A stretch of 64,000 bases of DNA, taken from positions 2,513,576-2,577,575 of the forward strand of contig MU057887.1 in assembly GCA_013265495.1 (NCBI GenBank), written 5' to 3'. A program made the translations under genes and the position numbers. Below, piece by piece: positions 38,235 through 49,898 of this stretch (positions are counted from its first letter, which is position 1; each line of letters begins with the position of its first letter). Under the pieces are notes generated by a model. That model saw only the letters and a program-made list of their open reading frames with translations. It searched no databases and had not been told where the DNA came from. This DNA comes from Vicugna vicugna. Its lineage: Eukaryota.

Positions 38235-39613
38235 TTTAATGCATTATTTTTCCTAACTAAAGAAATAAATGTTTACATTTAAAATGTACAGAGGATGATG
38301 CTCTGATGCGCCTCGTGTCACGTGTCCACCTAGCGATGCGGAGCCGTGCTTTGCTGTAGCGCAGGCTGTCCATCCTGCCCCAGTCCATGTGGTCAGTGGG
38401 GATGGCTCCACACAGAGACTCGTGGCTCCAGGGCCTTTCTTCCTGGGACCTCAGTGTTCTCTTCTGACTTCTCCTCATCAGGCTGGCAGAAGGGCACAAA
38501 GACAAGGAGCGCAGATCACAAGAGGGTTTGGGGGGGATCACTCAGTCACGTGGTCCCCTAATCCTAAGAGAGGCTGGGAAGGCAGGCTAACAGTGGGACA
38601 GAAGGAGACGAAGGGGCTTTGCCGACACGTGGCATGTCCACCCCGACTCTGGACATGGAGTGAGAACTCGCCCTGTGCCAGGCTCTGCTCGTGACCTGAT
38701 TTGAGCTACCCTCACAAGAGCCCTCTGAGATGGACTCCAGCTTCGTCAGGCTTCCCTAGAGATGCAGACCCCGGGGACCGTGAAGCCAGGATCTGGGCTG
38801 GGGGGATGGAAGGGTGGAGGTGGACCTTGGACACGTGCAGCAGAACTTGGTGGTAGGTGGGCTGTGGAGGAGGGGCCAGTGAGGGAGGAGAAGGTCCCAG
38901 AGGGCTGCTAGTCCAGGGCTGGGGGCCATCCCACCAGTAGAGATGGTGAAGGCAGGCCCCTGGAGAGCAGGGCTGAGAGTTGCTAAGCACCCCAGTTCTG
39001 TCCCGCTGGCTTTCCCGCTGCCCCCGTCATGGCAGAGAGCTGCAGGCGGAACCAGACCACCTGGGCTCCATTCCCGGCTCTGCTGATAGCTGAGGACCAC
39101 CTGGGAGCACTGTGGGGTCGTCCTGAGCCGCAGTAAACTGGACAGCAGCCTCGCCCACCTCATGGTGCGGGGCTCAGCGACTCGGACAGTGCGACCTGAA
39201 CCCCACTGGCATGTGGTCAGAGGTGGTGCCTTATTACGATGCGCTTTCAGTCTGCTCACCTTGTGCCGTGTGACCCTGGTGCCAGCCTTCCTTCCCTGCC
39301 AGGCCGCCATGACATTGCCCTCCACCCCAGGTCCCCTACTTGGGGTGTCCTCCGCCCTCTCCCACCCCCTTCTTTCTCAGCATTTGCAAGACACAGCAAA
39401 GCTCCAGGCTCTCCAGGGCATCCTGGCTGACTGCTGCCACCCACACTTACCCTGGGAGCTCCTGCAGCACCCTGACTGTGGGTGTCCACGGTCCACCCTG
39501 GGGAGCAGTGGAGGAAGAGAGGAGAGCTGTGGGCTTGGGCCCCGTCCCGGTATCCCGAGGCCTGGCTCAGAGCCTTTGCTTCCAGCCTTGGCTGCCAGCT
39601 TCCTGGTCCTCAT
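38235..39613 (-). pseudogene. Candidate compact multi-exon gene/pseudogene of unknown identity
   Basis: Serial AG/GT-bounded segments 39613-39451, 39205-39061, 38959-38935, 38861-38826, 38755-38716, then a terminal exon from 38482. Includes 70-73 nt introns and one in-frame TGA. No family recognised. Confidence 0.3.
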
Positions 39614-39670
39614 GCTGATCTGGTCCAAGAAGACGGCAGAATGGAAAACTCCCAGGTGCTGTGCTGAGGC

Positions 39671-39766
39671 CACGTGAGAGAGAGCGCTTGCAAGCGCTCC
39701 CAGAACATCTGGCTGCCGGTTCCTGCAAGAACTAACTGAACAGTTAAGACAGGACACGCTGTCCTG
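39671..39766. promoter_or_regulatory. Cluster of palindromic motifs (E-box, 18-bp palindrome, inverted MYB pair, IR3 hormone-response-like element)
   Basis: CACGTG 39671; GAGCGCTTGCAAGCGCTC 39682-39699; TAACTG-aa-CAGTTA 39733-39746; CAGGACA-cgc-TGTCCTG 39750-39766. Confidence 0.45.
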
Positions 39767-41092
39767 ACAGGCTGATTTGCAATTTACTCGAAGGTAAAAA
39801 TAACTGGACAATAACAATTTCTTCCTTGACTCTTTTTCATGTGGTAGGAAATAAAATTATGTGCTAATAAAGATAATACTTTTTGTGTCTGTGGCTTTTA
39901 TGAAGAACTAATGCTTTGGGGAGTCATTTGTTTAGGAAAATCAAAAGGGAAATCATGGAAAAATGTCTAGCAGTTCTTAAAACAGACCTGAGGTGAAAAC
40001 TTTGTCCGAATATGAAGTTGGGCTCCAGGTTTTGCGTTGCTTTTATCACCTGTTTGTTTATACTTTGCCTCGTCGACAGGGGCTCTCAGGCGGGAGGCTC
40101 CGTTCATGACGAGGACAGCTCCTTGGGTTCCAGCAGGAGACACAAGACTCGGACCAGGAGTGATGTGGCTGAGATCAGGCCAATTCCTCCTCCAGTGCTG
40201 TGAGCTCCTAGCAACAGCCACACTGGCCAGAGGGCACGAGAAGGAAGCTCAGAGCCCCTGCCTCGTGCCCCCAGCCCCACAGGTCAGACCCGCTCCCGGT
40301 GGACCCCAGGGCCATTCTCTGCCTCCGGAAGACTTCCAGCCAACCACCCAAGAGCAAGCATCAGTTAATTCTGCAACTCAGCTTCCCTCCTGCAAACCGC
40401 AAGTCTCCCGTCTCCCATGACACGTGGTCCTCACTCAGTGGCCCCTGCAAGCTGGCCGGCTGGCCTCTGCACCTGCCTCTCTCGGCTCTCAGTCCTGGCG
40501 AGACAGCCCGATGCGGTGCAGGGAGAGGTCTTTGGAAAGCCTCGTCCTGAGCTCAGCCCGACCCCAGCAGAACCAGCTGGGCTGCAATTCTAAGGCCAGG
40601 AGTTGATCACAGGCACACTCCCCCGTGTGGCGCGTCCACGCTGTGAGGTCCGGGAGGGCAGGGCCCCAGCAGCCTCTCACACTCCGGTTGCACACAGCGG
40701 GTCCTTAAGGAGCGGTCATGAAATGATGGCTTTGAGGAGACGCTGTCCATCCCTTCAGACACATCACACACACACAACAGATGATCAGGCAAACTCAAAA
40801 CGCGAAGGAATCACACTGGAAAAATGACCTCCCTTGGTTTGGTCAATTATAACCACGTGGCTGGGAACTCACCAAGACCATCCTTAGTGCTTCAAGTTAG
40901 AGTCATTGAGCCCATCAGAGATGAGAGACCCCAAGCTCAGGTCAGTGGTTCTCTCTCCAAACCCGGTGGTGAACAGGAAATGGCATGGTGTCCAGGGTCG
41001 GGGGAGTGTGTCCTGGGGCTGCCTCACACCGGCTCGCCAGGGAAGGCTGTTAATTTTTCGGGAACATTATGAGATGGTTGCTTAAATGTAGG

Positions 41093-41500
41093 TGACGTGG
41101 TTTGAATTGTGGGTACTCCCCCCAAAGATAGGTCCATGTGGTACCTGCTCGTGTGTGTGTGCGCGTTTGGAAAAGGGGGCTTGGCAAACGTGATTAAGGT
41201 AAGGCCTCTGAGACAAGGTCTTGCTGGGTTTAGGGGCAGAGTTTATAAGAGACATGTGTCCTGATAAGAGTGAGGGAGGAGATGTGAGACCTGGACACCC
41301 TGAGGAGGAGGCCACGAGATGGGGGGCAGAGGTGGTGCGATGGGAGAAGCGAAAAAGGATTCCTCCCTCCAGACGGGGCCCGGCCCTGCCAACACCCCGG
41401 CTCCAGACTCCCGGCTCCAGAACTGGGAGAACCAGCGTCTGCTGTTTTAGGTAACGAGGTTTGACGTCGCTTGTCTAGGCAGGACCCGGGGCACTAGTAC
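41093..41500 (+). mobile_element. MLT1 (MaLR) LTR
   Basis: ggtttgaattgtg...cccccaaagatagg...ggccctgccaacacc...ctccagaactgggaga. Confidence 0.85.
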
Positions 41501-44149
41501 CACGGGCATTATTAAACATCATGCCGTGGGAATTCACTATCACGTAAGTTAGGATGGGGCAATGCGTGCTTAAGGTCCCACACGGCCTCGCTGCGTCTCA
41601 CTGTGACTTTCTGCTCCTGGCTTCTCATTTGCATCCTCTTTCCCTGTGCAGTAGAAACACCATGTAACGACATTTGCATTTCTCCCCAAATCCCACATTC
41701 AAGGGAGCCGCGTGGGTAGCTTGAAACCCTCCATGGTGGGAATATTGATGCCAAGGAAACTGACAAACGCCCCAGTCAGGCCTTGGTCCGCTTGTCCGTT
41801 GGCCATTTAGAGGTGACGTGATGCAGAGGCTGCCCACGTGCGGAGGGACGTGCAGGCGTGTGTGGCAGCCCCTGCCGCGCCGTGTGGAGCCCAGAAACTG
41901 AAGCAGGGTTCCTCCGGCACCTGAGCGTGGTCAGCCAGTCCAGTGAGGAGCCGCTCGAGTCATCGGCCAGCGGGTGAGCTGCCGCATGGCCTTAGTGGCC
42001 GCACGTTTGTCTTACGCTTCCACTCATTAGCGTAAGCGAAAATACCGACCAGCGTTCCTGCTGGAGCTACGCCTGGTCACCGCCTGCCCCCAGAGGCTGG
42101 CTGCACAGACAGGACCAGCCGCAGCCGACGAAGACGTCCCATGAGAGTCACCAGCGGCGCGGAGCTCACGGTCACTTGTGAGACTGTGACGCATACTCCT
42201 GCCCACAAACTGCGCCGCCGTCTTTCGGATCGGTGAAGCTCACAGTGAACGCACGCCCTGGACCTGAGGCACCTGGACCCGGTTCTAGCCCACACCCAGG
42301 GAAGCTTAGGTGCCTGAAATCCCTTGGGATTAAGTAGAAAAAGCAATCTCAGAGCTTCAAGAGATTGACTTACGAGAGAGCTTTATCGCTCCATCCCACC
42401 TGGCACTCCCACTAACCCCCTGACGGCCCAGGGACGCGCTCGTCCCTGCAGAACGAGAAGTAAACTCAACGGTGGAGCGCAGGGCCTTAAAGGATCAGAG
42501 AGCGGCCCCTCCAGCCCGCAGGCGGGGCTAGGCTCCAGGGCTCCTGGCACCAACGCCCTGTCCGTGAGGTCACCTTCTCCATCCCGGCCAGCTCCACCCG
42601 CGTGCTCACTGCTCCTCTAGGCATTAGATGAGTCTCTTGTTCAGAGGAATTGTGAGTGAATGGAGGGTCCTACATTTTTATTAACACCTCCTGAGAATTA
42701 GTGCAGTGTGAGAGGAATGGGCAGTCAATGAAGGTAAAGGAGGCTGAGTAGTTTCAATATGCCGAGTTGCTCTTGCCTGACATCCACCTAGAAGCACCTG
42801 CCGCACCCTGGGCTGGATCCTGGCACAGCCTGCAGACAAATGCAGGGGGGCCCCGGCTGGAGCAGGGGCGTGGTCCTCCCTGGGGGCGCCCGGACCTGGG
42901 CTGACCCGTGTGGACGGCCAGGGACCCCGTGCCGGGCCCAGGCAGCTCACGGCGCCATGTTGGTGTCGCCCAGCCAGTGACTCACAGCGTTGCTCTCCAT
43001 CTCAGACGCGTCCTGATTTGGAGGATGAATCCTTTGCTCTCTGCTCACTTGCTGCCTCTGCAGCTGCTTCTGTGTTCCTTCTGCCCGTGTCCCCTTCCTT
43101 CTGTTCTGGCTCCCTTATCTGGTTTACCCTCCACGACGTCGTTTTGATCATATTTCCTCTATGAAGTCCATCTAGACGGCTCCAAACTGCACCTCTTCCG
43201 TGTCCCCCCGACACCCTGAAATCCACCAACCACACACCTGAGCGTCAGGTCAGTCTCCTGCCACGTCCTCCTCCCCTGACCCGGACCCTGCACACCTGGC
43301 CCCATGCCTTTCCGTCCCCCAAACACACAACACAGCACCTTCCCTCCCCGGGTGCCCTGCAAATGTTTGCTGACATTATACAAACAAACCAGGACCTGGT
43401 AACAAACCTTGAAAACGAGGCACCACTAAGATCCGAATGAATTCCAAGGAGGTGTGAATCAAGGGAACGGGGACTTCAGGTGCATGAGAAACTCAGGGGA
43501 CTTAGGAGTGATAATGGCTTTTTTATCTAAATTAAACAGAGCTGGTTTGAGGAGGCTGTGCTTCCAGAGGAGACTGGGGACAAATTTGTCTCTAATTTTG
43601 GTTCCTGAAAAATAAATCGAGGCAATTATTACTTCAGGATCGCTCCTCAGTATCCACCCGTCTTCTTAAAATCCCACATTAACACAACCTGCACTAAAGA
43701 CATTTTAAAAGTCACTGCTGCTGAACTTTTTTTTTTCCTGAGGGTATATTTGATGCACGTAACCCGAGATCAGATTCAAATCTCCTTGGAGGACCAGCCG
43801 CCGGATCCCAGCTTGTTTCGAGGACTCTCCTTGGCGGGGAGATGAGGGTGCTTCTCACCCCAAACCGGAGCCCAGGGTGGTGCCGGCCCCAGGGAGGGGA
43901 GCCCCACCAGCCACGTGGGGCTGAGCACAGGGCGTGGGCCAGCAAGGGGAGGCGGGGGGTGGCGAGCAGCCCTTCCCACCCCCGCATCTTCAGCCGAGCA
44001 CAAGGGTCACTGGTCACTGCTGTCTAGGGACACCTGCCAGTGCGTCCAACGCATCCACAGGCCTTCCTGAGTGTCTGTCAGGCTCTCCACTCCATGCGGT
44101 GCCACGTGCGTGCCTGTAAACATGAGTGTGACTGCTGGGAGACCCCTGT

Positions 44150-44260
44150 GAGCTCTGCCTTCACTCACTCACTCACTCACCCCAAGTCAAGCGCCCACCC
44201 TGTTCCAGGGGCTGGACACTGGGGACAGAAGTGCTGTGACCATGCGTGTGAGACCGCATT
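44150..44260 (-). mobile_element. L2 3' end
   Basis: (TCAC)n tail followed by agcgcccaccctgttccagg...ctggggacaga. Confidence 0.55.
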
Positions 44261-44789
44261 ACTGTGGTTCTGGAAAGAACAGAGTGCTGCGGGAAATTGT
44301 GGGGGCCCCGGTCCAGTCAGAGAGAGAGAGAGAGCCCCTCAGGCGAGCCTCCGGGAGCTTGTTGGCTCTGCCGTTTGTCCCCAGCAGGGCTCGGGGCAGA
44401 AGTGCGAACGGGGCACCGTGTGCCGCGCGGTACGCGCCTGAGCTCATCCAGCCCCCACGACGGCCTTCCGGGGTGGCCGTGCCAACCCCAGCTCAGACGT
44501 GCAGATACACAGCTGAGGAACGTCCACGGTCAGGCCCAGGCTCCCGTCTCATCCTGATGACGTCGTGCAGGCGTCTTGCCAGCTCTCCGCCACCCCCGTC
44601 GCCTCTACTGCACCTGAAGTACAGGCTCATTCAGAGCAGTGGGCGGGGGGGGGCGCTTCCGAGACACCCTCACCGCCACAGCCTCCCAGATCCTGGGTGA
44701 TTACTAGACAGACAGATAGGTAGGTAGACACACCGCGTCTCCCCTGTCCAGTCATCTGCTGCCCACTCCCTTTCCCACTGGTAATGACC

Positions 44790-45486
44790 ACCAGGCAGGG
44801 TAATGTTTTCATTGTGATTTGAACAGTTTAAACGGGAAATCATGGAAAGAGAAAACTGAACCAACCTAAAAGAAGACAAGAAAAGAGAAACAGAAGAACA
44901 GAACCTTTGGGCAAATAGGAAACACAGAATAAGGTGACAGCCCTAAACCCTTTGTGACAGCTACCCCAGTAAATGTGAGAGAAGGAAAGCTAATGTTTAA
45001 AATACGAACGTTGCTAAAATGTATGAGAAAAGATACAATGGCATGCTTCCAACCAGATGCCAGACTGAAACCAAAACAGCAGGACTGGCGACGGTGACAA
45101 GCCGGGGGCAGAAGCACGGACGCGGCGCCGGCGCCGGGGGGAGAGCCGGGCGCTGGCGGGAGCGCAGCTGCGGGCCGATGGGGCCTCCCGGGACCTCTCC
45201 CGTCCGCGAGCGAGGGACCAGGGCGGAGACGGCTTCAGTATTTGCACAAATGAAGTGCAAGCAGGAACTGGCAAACGCACGGTTGTTGTTGGGGACGTCA
45301 GCACGCCCGTGCCGGGGACAGGGAGGGCAGCGGACCAAGACGAGCTCACCGCGGAGGGGAGCCTCCCACGTGACCCAGCCCCGCCGCGCCTCACACACGG
45401 GACGTTTGCACACACTGGCTGCTCGGAAGGCCGTACAGCGGTCGTGACGCGTCTCAAGCACCTGTGCTGCTCTTGGTACAACACGC
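44790..45486 (+). mobile_element. L1 ORF2 endonuclease relic, extremely GC/CpG-shifted
   Basis: A-rich inter-ORF-like lead-in, then TVVVGDVSTPV (45279-45311) versus TIIVGDFNTPL. Confidence 0.65.
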
Positions 45487-45529
45487 NNNNNNNNNNNNNN
45501 NNNNNNNNNNNNNNNNNNNNNNNNNNNNN
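45487..45529. other. Assembly gap
   Basis: 43 N bases. Confidence 1.
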
Positions 45530-45879
45530 CTCCCACCCTCCCGGGCTCTTCAAATGGATTTCATATCTGCATCTCTCTTTTCAGATTCCTGATACACTAA
45601 CAAAATTAACTTGGTAGCAGGAAAAAATAACTTACCGGAAAGAAAAAAAAAAGATTTTCTGGTTTAAGAGGGGGACCCTGGGAAACTTCCAGTGAAAAGA
45701 CACTTCCAAACGTGAGAGGTTAGGAAAACAGACTCTGCAAGCCTGTTACAGTCCTGACGCTCAAGTGAAACATTAACACAAGTCAAAAAATGACATTATT
45801 GGAATTGATTCCTATTAAGTAATGGAATTTAACATCAGTCCTAAAAAGTGAGGCCAAAAACTGTTCCCTTACTGAATAA

Positions 45880-46500
45880 AAATGAGTCTGTAAATTAGGG
45901 TCTCATCAGAGCACAGAAACTATTCTAGGTGTTTTAAACTGAGGGAATTTAATACAGGAATTGCTAGTTTGTGGAAAGCCTATATATTTTTTAATGTGTG
46001 ACCTCGGGGCAGTACATTCCAGATTACCCACATTAGGCTGAGCCAATGCAAATAAAATAACATCGGTAACTTCAGATACAACATCGCAGCTGGGGATGAG
46101 CCAGGCGGCTCAGAAGGCCGTCCCCTCCACACACATACACGCACGCACACACACACGCACACTCATGCTTTGGGGTCACACAGTGAGTTCTCGGGGGACC
46201 GCTAACTGGTGATGGCTGGTTTCAAGGGGTCCTGGAGGCAACGGTGCTGGGGGCACCCAGGGAGCTTGGGGACCTGGACTTCTGCCCCGGGAGCGATGCT
46301 GATGAAGCTGGAAGTGAGAAGCCTTTTCTCCCCTCCGTCTGCCTTCCCATCTCCCACCAGACCTTCCCGAGAGCAGAGCCTAACTGGAAGCCCGCGGACA
46401 AGGGACTCTGGGAGATGTAAGTCACGGACGCTTGGCCCAGGGCAGGGAGCAGGGGGTGGGCCCTTAGCTGACAGGCAAAGAGGCAAACACGAGGCACAAG
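45880..46500. mobile_element. ERVL-type LTR relic (LTR33-like)
   Basis: cagaaactattctaggtg...agggaatttaatacaggaatt and gcagagcctaactggaagcc...aagggactctgggagatgta. Confidence 0.5.
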
Positions 46501-46559
46501 GATCTACCAAGAGCTTGCAGGACAACTCCTGCTTCATAACGCAATGCAGGAGCATCTAA

Positions 46560-48490
46560 AATCGTGACTAAGAAGGAACACTTCCGTGGCACTGTGTGTA
46601 TATGAGAGGTTCTAGACAGCATCATAAAATAAGGCAAAAATATAAGAAAATGAAAAGGGAAAGACTGTCAGTGTTTGGATGTATTATAGTGTCTGAGTAA
46701 AATCCTTGATAGATTCTCAAAAAATGATTGAAATTAGTGTGCATTTAATAAAGCACTGCATATAAGATCAGTAAATATAAAAACAGGTACTTCGTTATAA
46801 ATCATCAATATTTAAAAAGTAACGTTCAAAGAGTTCTGTAACAACAATATAAGGTGTATAGGGAGAAATTAATAAAATGTGCACAAAACCCCGCATGAGA
46901 AAAACAGAAACACACTAAAGTGTATTCCACTTTTACGGTGGGGAAGATTCGGCATTTGAAAATGCCACATCTCCCCACCCAGAGTCAGAGATTCGATGAA
47001 AATTCCAGTGCCGATCTCTGTGGAAACTGATGAGATGATTCTAGCGTTTATGTGGGGGAGCAAAGGGCCAGGAGGGGCCAGATGCTCCTGAGACTGCCAC
47101 GGAGAGTCATAAGGCCACCTTCACGACCGGGAGTGGTGCTGGCACGAGGTCGGGAGGAAAGGGGCTGACGGAACAGAATACAGAGCCCAGAGGGGACGCG
47201 GCACAGGCCGCCGCTGTAGCTCAGGCGGGGAGGGAAGACATATCCAGTGCGGGATTCAGGCAGCTGCTTCCTCACGGGGGCCAAACAAAGGAGAAAGGAA
47301 AGGAAAGACTGCATCCCACGACGTTAAAAGCATCAATTATAGATTGTTTAAAGAATTAAAAGTAAGAAGCCGAGCTATAAATATTTTAAAAGAAAACATT
47401 ATGGGATTCCTTGCGTTGCTTAAACTAGACCCCAAAGCACTAACCGTAAAGCATCGTGGAAGCAAAAATCTTTGTTTATGAAACGACACCATTAAAAAGT
47501 AAGCGAACAGTCACAAACACGACTAAGATATTTGCAATGCGTTTAATCTAAGACGGATTGGTGCCCAGTAACGGCCTCTTATAAACCCGTAAAAAAAGAC
47601 ATGCCAGCCAGTGAAAATTGGAGACAACACGTAGAAACGCCTTTCACAAAATACAAAACAGGAGCTAGTTAATAAACACTTTCAAGGGTGGGCAATCTCT
47701 TTCTTAATGAGAGGATGCAAATTAAAATCACATTAGGGCTGGTTCTCCTACCAGATGAATTAAAGTTTAAAAGGCAGACAAGATTAAGATTAAAAAGGCA
47801 GATGGCACCAAGTGCTGGTGGGGACGAGAGTGCTCACGCTCACCTGCTGCGGCCGGGCCTGCAGACTGGGAAAGTTGCCCTGGGAAGCAAAGCGTAAGGT
47901 GTCCAGAAGTGTGCTGCAGACGCGCGTTTCCCGGGCCCAGTAACCCCACTCCTGGGGGAGGAGCGTTCGCATGTAAACGCTGGGCCGGGGGCCGGGGAAG
48001 GGTGGGCAGGGCCTCACGCAGTTCCGCTGTGTGTAACCGCGAAGAGGGGGTTACGGCCCGGAGCAGGGAGCTGGACTGTGGTGTGGTCGCCTGGCTGCAC
48101 CCGCCAGCGGGAGGGGTTACAAACACTGGGGGAATCTCAGGAACAAGGGTCTTGGGTGAGGACGTGGGGAGAAACGACGCCAGGGGAACAACGCCGGTAA
48201 ACTGAAGACTTCACGACGTGCCTTTCGGGGCCAACCCCAAACAGAGCAAAGCACCACAGAAAAAAAAACCCTCATCGCAGGCGAAACGGACGTCGGGCTG
48301 TTGACAGGCGCCCAGAGGGACGCCAGGGCTGAGGACGGCCACGCGGCGGTGGCAGCTTCTCCCCGGATGACGGCCGCCTTCCTGCGTGCTCCGTTGCACT
48401 TGTACGAGACGGCGTGTGCGCACGCGTCAGTCTTCAAATGTGATGGATGCAACATTTTGTAATAATAAAACGTATTTGTAAGAAATGAAA
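46560..48490 (+). mobile_element. Old L1 ORF2 end plus 3' UTR relic with GC-shifted patches
   Basis: aagatatttgcaatgc...atgcaaattaaaatcaca...caagtgctggtggggac...cccagtaaccccactcctggg. Confidence 0.75.
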
Positions 48491-49542
48491 CGAACATTTG
48501 ACGAGAGCGAGTATGTGCGGCCACCTCCTCTCTGTTGGGGGCTCTTTCCCTCCCAAGAGCCGGGAGGGAGGAAGTGCTGATGAGCCCATTTTCCAGATGA
48601 GAGACATGAGGCTGCAGCTGGAATGTGGGGGCGCCAGGCTTGCTGCAGAGCCACGACCCTACACTGCGTCCGTCCAGAGTGAGGCGGGATGGTACCCAAA
48701 CCACCCGGGGAGACTGGAGGCGGGGAAGCCAGCCAGCGCCGTGCAAGCCTGGCCGGGCCGCAGAGAGAGGTCACAGCCGCTTCCTGAGGAAGCCAGAGGC
48801 GGCCCAGGGGAAGGGACGGTGTGTGGCGTCTCCGGTTCTGCTCCTGGGGGCGCGGGGTCTGAGCCAGCCCTGGGAAGGCGGACCAAAGGGTCCCCTCATG
48901 ACAACTGAGCCCAGGGTGGCGTCTGCCTGTCTCGTCACCCACTTCTCTTCAACTAGTTAATGAGTCTGCCAAGTCGGGCTGCGACCTCTTTAGGAGACAG
49001 CTGCACTTCCTCTTTTCACTCCACGCACCACTGAGCCGAAGCCCGGGTGCCTGGGCTGCGCCTGCGGACAGCAGCACCAGGATGGAGAGGAAGCCTTGCA
49101 GAGCCCAGCTCTCCCGTAGCTGGAGGCGAACTGTCGCACGGCCCTGAGCTCTCTGGGCCTCACCACCAGAGTCTGCAGAGTGAGGACGTGGGCACGCAGG
49201 CCTGGTCGTGCTCAGCTCTGCATGGGTGTGCCACGCGTGAAGACAGACTTATGTGTGTGGGTGGACCAGGCGTCTGGATGGACCACAAACTTGGGTGGAT
49301 CAGTCACCTTCAGCACTGGGTCCTTGCTATCCAGGGTGAGGCCCATGGACCAGCCGCGTCAGCTTCATGCGGGAGCCTGTAGGCGTGTAGAATCTCAGTC
49401 CCCAGGCCTGCTGGACCGGCATCCCCGGCCCATCCACGTGCACCTCAGAGTCCAGGAGAGCTCTGCATCCTGCCCATGGGACGGGCCCAGCGTCCGCAAG
49501 GATCACGCCATGGCTGCAGAGTGGACGAGCCAGGACCCTCGC

Positions 49543-49898
49543 TGTTGATTCTGACCTGCTAGGGCTGCCACGCACTGGGCGGCTTAAACTACAGGCGTTT
49601 GCTTCCTCCCAGTCCAAGATTAAGGTGTGAGCAGACTGGATCCTTCAAGGGCCCCCCCGGGCCATCTCCTGCCTCGCCTGCCCGTGAGGACTTCCCTCTA
49701 TGGCCTCTGTATCCAGGCCTCCCCTTTTTGTAAGGACCAGCCGCAGTCTAATTGGGCGAGGGGCCCGCTCTACTCCAGTCTGACCGAGTCCTAACTAGTT
49801 ACATCAGCAGTGATCCTATTTCCAAACAGTCGCATTTGGGGTCCTGGGAGACAGGCCTTGGATACAGGAAGTCCAAGGGGATGCAATCCAGCCCCGAC
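49543..49898 (-). mobile_element. MLT1 (MaLR) LTR
   Basis: tgctagggctgcc...ggcggcttaaactacag...gtccaagattaaggtgt...ttacatcagcagtgatcctatttccaaa. Confidence 0.85.

Noticed and set aside
39174..39176. In-frame TGA as selenocysteine
   Set aside because: I saw no convincing SECIS stem in the putative 3' UTR (38477-38240); nonsense mutation or a wrong gene model is simpler.
39451..39497. Collagen exon (GAAGAP)
   Set aside because: It is 47 nt, not a multiple of 9, and has no continuous Gly-X-Y.
42011..42036. Hairpin CTTACGCT-N10-AGCGTAAG as miRNA or terminator
   Set aside because: An 8-bp stem is too short for a pre-miRNA and is expected by chance in 64 kb.
48960..49540. ERVL/MaLR internal sequence
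   Set aside because: The resemblance is too weak to support without an alignment.
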